IMG/VR virus record: IMGVR_UViG_3300046516_001619
Coordinates: 1 to 42,567 of that record
Origin: a virus
DNA: 42,567 nt
Reading direction: 5' to 3' (one strand)
Part shown: positions 37,432-42,567 of the stretch, in pieces
How positions within the stretch are numbered: position 1 is the first letter of the stretch
Layout of the letters: each line of letters begins with the position of its first letter
Made by a program: the position numbers and the translations under genes
The notes under the pieces: generated by a model
The model's input: only the letters and a program-made list of their open reading frames with translations
The model's database searches: none
What the model was told of the DNA's origin: nothing

Positions 37432-39534
37432 TCAGCGTCCCGCTATTAAAGGAAGGGAATTGGGTGGCGGCATGGGCACGACCGGGGTTCCGCCCGGCAA
37501 GCCGCCCGGTGGCATGGCCAGCCCGCCAGCTCCGGGAGGCGGAGGCGGTGCGAGGGGCAGGCCGCCACCGGGCGACGGCACCGGATTGGGCGGCATACCG
37601 CCCGGACTCGGCCCACTGGGCGGCGCACCGGGCGTGCCGGGCATGGTGCTCGGCCCCAGGCCGGCCATCTCGGCCGCGCCCGGGTTACCCGGCTGATTCA
37701 ACTTCTGAGCCTGGATGGTGCCCAGTTTCTGGAACACGGCGTCCTTCAGCTGCTGCTGAATCTCCGGGCTCTGCTTCAGGTCGTGCAATAGCCACGATTG
37801 CTCCACCTCGTCCGGGTTACCGCCCGCCTCGGTCACGGCGTCCTCGTACGTGATCAGTTTGAGCTGCATCTTTTCGCCGATGGAACGGATCTGGATGATC
37901 TCGTTGCTCGGCGTGCTGGGGCTCAGCTTGACGGTATAGCGGTGGATGCCGTCGAGCTCGTCCGGATCCATCCTGAGCCACGAGCCCTTGACCTGACCGG
38001 CACCGCGGCCGCCCGGTTTACCGGGCTGGTCGCCCCACGCGTAGACCGCTTCGGCGATCCGGTTCTCGATCAGCCACGACTCGAAGCCGGTCCGTTCGGC
38101 CAGAGCGACCTCGGCATTGCTGACGATCGGATTGAACGCCAGCCCGGCCAGGTACGCGGCCTGGTTGAGCGCGTAGCCCGACTGGTCGGCACCCACCGCG
38201 CCGGAGAAGGCCGCGGGCATAGCCCGTTCGACCAGTTGCTGGACGTTGGTCAGCAACTTGCTCGCGTCCTGGCCAGACTGGGGCTGATCGACCGGTGTGA
38301 CGTCGAACGGGTACAGCTTGCCCGGCTCGAGACGGTCCTGGGCTGCCTGTTCGCGTCCGTCAGTGCCGAACGGCAGTCCGGGGATGGCGTTCGGGTTCTG
38401 GGTTTGCTTCCAGGCCGGGAAGCCGGTCAGGTAGGCCGAGTTGCCCTGCATCGTCAGCAAACTGTCGATCAGACGGAACAACTGCAGGTAGCCGTACAGC
38501 ACCGACAGCCCGGCGTGCTCCGGCAGTCTCGAGGCGGTGGTGATCCCCAGCGCGTGGAAGTACGGCCCTTTCAACGTATGCAGGTACGGATCGCCATAAC
38601 TGTGCGGAGTGCTCCGGCACAGGGTCGCCTTATCCAGACCACGGGCGATCTGGTTGGGCCCCTGCAGGCACACCACCTGCACGTGCTCGTCCCACGCCTC
38701 GATACAGCGCAACGTGGTACTTCCGGCCGACTTCATGACGTGATGCCATTCGGGCCGGGCCAACTGAGCCGCCTGCGGATCGAACGTGTCGCCGTTCGTC
38801 TTCCTGACGTTGCCGGAGGAGTCGAGCTCGGCTCCAAACCGCTCGAGGGCTTCGAGATAGGGGATGTCCTTGATCTCGACGACGGACGTATAGCCGTTTT
38901 CGTTCTTGGTGTAATAGAACGTTTCCGGGGGCACGTCAGTGGTCGCGATGGGATACGGCAGACTGAGCTTGAGGTGCTCGGTGTGCTGGTCGTAGGCCAG
39001 GTCCTGGGCGTGCTGATCCAGTCCGTCCTGCTCCAGTTGCTTCTGGTACGACTCCGAGTCGGCGCCGTAGGTGGACCAGGCGGTGGTGGAGCGCTCCTGC
39101 GTCTTGAGCACGCCTTCGCCTTTGACGGCCAGGCTCCACATGAACAGTCTGGCTAACTGTCTTCGCGCTTCCTGTTCCTGGCGTTGCCAACTTGCTTCGA
39201 AGAAGCGCTCTCTGCGGGTGGAGTTCTGCTGGTAGGTATCGCCGAAGCCAACTGGACGGAAGCCCACCGTGGGTGGATTGACGCTGAGCGCGGCGGCCAC
39301 GTTCTGAGCGATGTGCAACGCCAGTGGCGCCCTGACCTCCACCGCGGTTTTGCGGTAGGCCTCCGGGATCTCGATCGCAAAGTTGGAAAAGAGCGTGTCG
39401 TCGATATCTCGGTAGAGCTCGTCGCGTGCCTTGAAGTCGCGCTGCAACTGCTCGGCCAGCTCGCACGTGGCGCGTTGCATGGTCTCTTCCGGCGACGAGC
39501 CCTTGAAGAAGTTCGGCGTGGTCGACGAGGCCAT
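37432..39534 (-). CDS. Portal protein (700 aa) with a Gly/Pro-rich C-terminal tail
   Basis: Size and position downstream of the large terminase. The C-terminal ~90 aa are G/P-rich (GTPGAPPSGPSPGGMPPNPVPSPGGGLPLAPPPPPGAGG). No motif-level confirmation was possible by eye. Confidence 0.6.
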   Translation of the reverse strand: MASSTTPNFFKGSSPEETMQRATCELAEQLQRDFKARDELYRDIDDTLFSNFAIEIPEAYRKTAVEVRAPLALHIAQNVAAALSVNPPTVGFRPVGFGDTYQQNSTRRERFFEASWQRQEQEARRQLARLFMWSLAVKGEGVLKTQERSTTAWSTYGADSESYQKQLEQDGLDQHAQDLAYDQHTEHLKLSLPYPIATTDVPPETFYYTKNENGYTSVVEIKDIPYLEALERFGAELDSSGNVRKTNGDTFDPQAAQLARPEWHHVMKSAGSTTLRCIEAWDEHVQVVCLQGPNQIARGLDKATLCRSTPHSYGDPYLHTLKGPYFHALGITTASRLPEHAGLSVLYGYLQLFRLIDSLLTMQGNSAYLTGFPAWKQTQNPNAIPGLPFGTDGREQAAQDRLEPGKLYPFDVTPVDQPQSGQDASKLLTNVQQLVERAMPAAFSGAVGADQSGYALNQAAYLAGLAFNPIVSNAEVALAERTGFESWLIENRIAEAVYAWGDQPGKPGGRGAGQVKGSWLRMDPDELDGIHRYTVKLSPSTPSNEIIQIRSIGEKMQLKLITYEDAVTEAGGNPDEVEQSWLLHDLKQSPEIQQQLKDAVFQKLGTIQAQKLNQPGNPGAAEMAGLGPSTMPGTPGAPPSGPSPGGMPPNPVPSPGGGLPLAPPPPPGAGGLAMPPGGLPGGTPVVPMPPPNSLPLIAGR

Positions 39535-39722
39535 CAGCGCTCCACCGCTGTCTGACGGGCCTTGTGCTCGGTCGACACGGTGCTGGAGAAATTCCGAAGC
39601 GCGTCGAGCATGTCTTTGGACAGGGCCTGGTGGATGACGATGCCGGCCAGCACGCCGGCGACCATTTCGAGACGGTCCAGGCGCACCTGCAGTTGATCGA
39701 TCTGGTAGTCGGTGACGGTCAT
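39534..39722 (-). CDS. Hypothetical protein (62 aa)
   Basis: ORF track. Overlap coupling at both ends. Confidence 0.45.
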   Translation of the reverse strand: MTVTDYQIDQLQVRLDRLEMVAGVLAGIVIHQALSKDMLDALRNFSSTVSTEHKARQTAVER

Positions 39723-39964
39723 GTGCCGCTCAGGTGCCCGACCGTGCTATTGCGTAGCAGGTTGCGCTCGGCGAGGCCGTAGCTGACCGTGCGATTGATT
39801 CCGCGGATGGTCAGGATACCGTCACCGACACTCACGTCCATTCGATCCTGGGCCCGCAGTGCTTCGAGGAACTCGTCAGCAAACTCCACCACCGGGTCAG
39901 CCTCGAGAATCTCGACAGACCAGGCATGCTCTTCAGCCCAGCGCAGACGTAACTTGCCCGTCAC
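39719..39964 (-). CDS. Hypothetical protein (81 aa)
   Basis: ORF track. Confidence 0.45.
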   Translation of the reverse strand: MTGKLRLRWAEEHAWSVEILEADPVVEFADEFLEALRAQDRMDVSVGDGILTIRGINRTVSYGLAERNLLRNSTVGHLSGT

Positions 39965-39994
39965 CCGAACCTCAGACTAGGCATTCAGCTCAAT

Positions 39995-40234
39995 TCACTT
40001 GTCCGGGTAGTCGACGTGATTGAACTGGGCCTCCAGCGCTTGGAGCGGGCTGGTGTTCTGACTGAGACCGTAGCTTCCAAACCACGTCCTCTGGTTCGGC
40101 CACTGGACGTGGTGGCACGTCTGGGTGGCGACGACAACGTCGCAGTGCTCGCAATGCCGGTGGGGGTAACCGACGTGGCAGCACGGTCCGCGTCCGCCAC
40201 AGGTCAGAGTCGTCAAGGCAACCTTCTTTCTCAC
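39995..40234 (-). CDS. Cys/His-rich putative zinc-binding protein (79 aa)
   Basis: In-frame GTG 40234 overlaps the terminase TGA (GTGA). The product reads VRKKVALTTLTCGGRGPCCHVGYPHRHCEHCDVVVATQTCHH... Confidence 0.45.
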   Translation of the reverse strand: MRKKVALTTLTCGGRGPCCHVGYPHRHCEHCDVVVATQTCHHVQWPNQRTWFGSYGLSQNTSPLQALEAQFNHVDYPDK

Positions 40235-41577
40235 CCGAACCTCAGGCTCGTCGGTTCCGTCGGCCGAGGCGGCTGCGCCTCGGCACACAGCCCATACCTG
40301 AGCGCGTCCGGCGCGTGGTCCTCGGTCTTGCTTCCTTTAATGGAGTCGGCGACATCCTCGGGATCTAACGGGTCGACGACCATGGCCGGCAGCGTCCGTT
40401 GCAAGTTCGGAGCGCAGCCAGCCAGGATCTGCAGTCTCGGTGGACCGGCATCGTGCGCCAGGGCTCGTCGCGTAATGGCCCAGCCCTGCTTTCTCGAGTT
40501 CATCCCGGGAAACACCGGGTTGACCCCGTGGGACCAGTACACCGCGGCAATGCTTGGCCGCTGCTGCTCCGTCCTCAGGTTGAACATGCTCGGATCCAGG
40601 ATCCTGAGATTGAGCCGCTCGCCTTCGCTTCTGCTTTTGATCGCCTCGGCTTGCTGCTCGTCTCGGAGCCCGGCCGCGTACAGCTCGCGGTAGACAAAGA
40701 TCTTGCGGGTCTCGGGCTCGCGGGCAAACCACAGACAGCAGAACGGAGCCGCGAAGCCGTAATCCACGGCCAGCCACCTGGGCCACTCCTGGGGAATCTC
40801 GAAGCTCGGGCAGATATGGAGATTCGGATCCCACTCGGTGAAGTACATGCCCTCGGCCGCGACCCACAACCCCAGCCGCAGCCGCTGGTACAGGAACCCG
40901 GTCAGGCTGTCCAGCGTCTGCATGTACTCTTTGCCGAAATCTGTCCACGCACCCTGGCTATAGAGCTGAGGATTATCCTCGTGTTTGGACTCGAGTAACA
41001 AACACTCCAAACTATTGCATCTTTGCTTGAGCCAATGGTCCGGAGAACTGGGGTTACAGTCGGCGATAATCTGCCGATAACTGAGCACCCCATTCCGCAA
41101 TCCACGGAGCAGCATGGCCCAGTCGTCCTCGTCCAATTCGGTCGCTTCCTGGACGTACACGACGTCGAATTCGGTCGACCCAATTTTCTCCGGATCGTCC
41201 ATCCCAGCGACCATAATTCGGGCCCCACTGGGGTACCGATATTCCTGATCGCCTTCATGAAATCGGACCTGATTCGGCCGTGGAAGCACCTTGTTTTCGA
41301 GGGTCGCCATGGCACTCTGGGTCAGGCTCTTGCGCGTCTTCCGAACGATCGCGGCACGGATCGGTTTCTGCATCGCGATCAGGTTCAATTTCTCCAGACA
41401 CGCCCTGCTTTTTCCGGTCCCCGCTGGCCCACTCAACAGGACTTCTCTGGCCCTTGATTTAAAGAGGTTCAGGGCTGCACCGTGGGGCTCATAGGGCGCC
41501 TCTTCCGGACTCGCCTCGGTCCCCCACTCCACCGTCGCCGGCCGGCCCACCAGGCTCAGCTTGTTACTCGGCGGCAC
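40231..41577 (-). CDS. terL: Terminase large subunit
   Basis: Walker A VLLSGPAGTGKSRACLEK, Walker B-like FDVVYVQEATEL, and a C-terminal nuclease region (WLAVDYGFAAP...EDHAPDALRYG). 448 aa. Confidence 0.85.
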   Translation of the reverse strand: MPPSNKLSLVGRPATVEWGTEASPEEAPYEPHGAALNLFKSRAREVLLSGPAGTGKSRACLEKLNLIAMQKPIRAAIVRKTRKSLTQSAMATLENKVLPRPNQVRFHEGDQEYRYPSGARIMVAGMDDPEKIGSTEFDVVYVQEATELDEDDWAMLLRGLRNGVLSYRQIIADCNPSSPDHWLKQRCNSLECLLLESKHEDNPQLYSQGAWTDFGKEYMQTLDSLTGFLYQRLRLGLWVAAEGMYFTEWDPNLHICPSFEIPQEWPRWLAVDYGFAAPFCCLWFAREPETRKIFVYRELYAAGLRDEQQAEAIKSRSEGERLNLRILDPSMFNLRTEQQRPSIAAVYWSHGVNPVFPGMNSRKQGWAITRRALAHDAGPPRLQILAGCAPNLQRTLPAMVVDPLDPEDVADSIKGSKTEDHAPDALRYGLCAEAQPPRPTEPTSLRFG

Positions 41578-41761
41578 GCACCATCTCCGTCACCGTCGTC
41601 TTCAGCCGGTGCAACTCCAGCCCTCGCCAATCCGACACCAGGTGCTTCCCCCACACCCGCTCCACCACGTCTCCACTCGTGCTGAGCTCGTACCCCACCA
41701 CCTTCATCAGCACCAGCAGCACTCTGAGCCGTTCCCCACCACTCGCCGGGATCAGCTCCAT
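41564..41761 (-). CDS. Hypothetical protein (65 aa)
   Basis: ORF track. ATG start. 14-nt overlap with terL. Confidence 0.4.
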   Translation of the reverse strand: MELIPASGGERLRVLLVLMKVVGYELSTSGDVVERVWGKHLVSDWRGLELHRLKTTVTEMVRAAE

Positions 41762-41790
41762 CTCAACCGTGATAGTACGTCACACCTCCG

Positions 41791-41976
41791 TCACACTGCC
41801 GGCATGCCACCTTGCACGTTTTCATTCTCATTAGGACAATTCAAACGACCTGCGCGCTCCGAAGTGCGTCCTCCGCGCTTCTGCCGCTCGCCTTTCGCTC
41901 GGCAGCGAGCGCACACCGTCCCTCTGTACCACTGCTTACACCTCGGACAGAGTGTCTCCGATTCCGTTTTCGCCAT
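41791..41976 (-). CDS. Basic zinc-ribbon protein (61 aa)
   Basis: In-frame ATG 41976: MAKTESETLCPRCKQWYRGTVCARCRAKGERQKRGG... (two CxxC pairs). The ORF-track N-terminal extension to 42162 is R/T/S-rich and looks non-coding. Confidence 0.4.
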   Translation of the reverse strand: MAKTESETLCPRCKQWYRGTVCARCRAKGERQKRGGRTSERAGRLNCPNENENVQGGMPAV

Positions 41977-42185
41977 CTCAGGGTGTACCAATTTGGTGCG
42001 ATAGGATTCCGGGCTCGCGAGCTGATCGGGGCACGTGGTGGAGTACCCCCTCGTACGCAGCGTCCTGGTCGCGGACGTGCTCGTAACCGTACGGGTGTTC
42101 GGATCGGCCGACTCTCTACGGATCCGTCCTACGCTTGCTTGCACAAACGTAGGTGGGCACAACAGAACGTGGTAGTTGTTGCTGG

Positions 42186-42567
42186 TTAGAGCACGGATGC
42201 CGGGTCTACCCCGGCAATAGCCTTCACGACCTGGCTCACTGCTACGTCAACCTTCTCGCGGTACACGTCTGGTTTTCTGGCCCGGAGTAGAAGCATTAAT
42301 AGGTTGTCGGAGTACTCGATTTTCTCATCGGTACCGACTGGCTCACCGTGCCAGTAAGAGGTTCGTTTATACGGTGAACCTTCGATAGCTCGTCTGAAGG
42401 CTTCCTTCTCTAAACGTTCCGTAGCTTGTTCGCCCGCGATACGGAAACCGTTAGCGAACTCTGGATCATGCTCTTGCCATTCATAAACGCAACTACGTGG
42501 CACCTTAGCTTGTTCGCACGCGTATGAGATATTCGCCCACTTAGCGTATGACTCTAGAAACGCATGC
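42186..42567 (-). CDS. Small terminase-like HTH protein, C-terminal segment (full product about 158 aa when joined to 128..222)
   Basis: The ORF track shows VPRSCVYEWQEHDPEFANGFRIAGEQATERLEKEAFRRAIEG...LLMLLLRARKPDVYREK. The frame stays open to the window end. It lies about 600 bp upstream of the large terminase, separated from it by a ~200-bp gap and two small ORFs (41791..41976, 41564..41761). GC is visibly lower than in the rest of the genome. Confidence 0.6.
   Translation of the reverse strand, partial: HAFLESYAKWANISYACEQAKVPRSCVYEWQEHDPEFANGFRIAGEQATERLEKEAFRRAIEGSPYKRTSYWHGEPVGTDEKIEYSDNLLMLLLRARKPDVYREKVDVAVSQVVKAIAGVDPASVL
42441..42567. repeat. Terminal direct repeat, copy 2 (identical to 1..127)
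   Basis: Same 127-nt string as 1..127. Removing one copy gives a 42,440-bp circular map. Confidence 0.97.

Noticed and set aside
41977-42162. Longer version of the zinc-ribbon ORF (41791..42162, 123 aa)
   Set aside because: The extra 62 residues are Arg/Thr/Ser-rich with no structure-like pattern. The region more likely is the ~200-bp non-coding spacer after the small terminase gene. It contains the 10-bp palindrome acggatccgt at 42118..42127, which I judged too short to interpret.
1-42567. Apparent over-representation of the XhoI-type palindrome CTCGAG. I counted about 47 by eye, roughly three times a zero-order expectation if GC is about 63 %
   Set aside because: CTC-GAG is the preferred Leu-Glu codon pair and reads the same on both strands, and many instances are in-frame LE dipeptides. 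Codon-pair bias is therefore the simplest explanation. A proper test would compare against a codon-shuffled null model.
1-42567. CRISPR arrays, rRNA/tRNA genes, transposases or IS elements, toxin-antitoxin pairs
   Set aside because: I saw no regularly spaced direct repeats, no structured RNA genes and no DDE or Tnp-like ORFs. The RHH genes have no adjacent toxin-like partner.

Overview
This window appears to be a complete genome of a temperate, high-GC tailed phage or prophage, assembled as a circle. Bases 1..127 are identical to 42441..42567, so the non-redundant map is 42,440 bp, and the small-terminase-like gene is split across the window ends. Coding density is very high, and many neighbouring genes overlap by 1-4 nt (ATGA/GTGA/TTGA), which helped fix start codons. 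Modules: (i) 365..2385 (+): a Gp88-like protein and small ORFs. (ii) 11844..2382 (-): an early, replication and DNA-modification operon. It holds a PAS-domain regulator, RHH, Gp157-like, Zn-finger, secreted Rpf/SLT-like protein, SSB-like protein, HTH, VRR-NUC, primase-polymerase/helicase, J-domain protein, C5 DNA methyltransferase, Cas4-like nuclease and PAPS-reductase-like protein. (iii) 12071..16450 (+): RHH protein, large serine integrase and seven translationally coupled small ORFs. (iv) 42567..16564 (-): a late operon. It runs small terminase, large terminase, portal, about 10 kb of large internal or ejection-type proteins (one 1892-aa multi-enzyme polyvalent protein), scaffold, HK97-type capsid, decoration and small basic proteins, four tail or receptor-binding proteins, and a lysis cassette. 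I saw no tape-measure, tube or sheath gene, so a short-tailed virion is likely. I found no tRNA, rRNA, CRISPR array, transposase or reverse transcriptase. The most unusual points are: a capsid gene whose conserved N-terminus lies upstream of any canonical start codon and in frame with the scaffold gene across a single TAG; a PAS-domain regulator at the lysis-lysogeny switch with repeated GAGTGTT half-sites; the 1892-aa SLT + Cys-peptidase + GNAT virion protein; an opposite-strand membrane-protein gene inside the structural operon; a J-domain protein with a duplicated zinc ribbon; a 42-bp palindrome with iteron-like repeats after the primase gene; and a candidate DNA-modification cluster. All functional calls rest on motifs read by eye, and no database search was possible.
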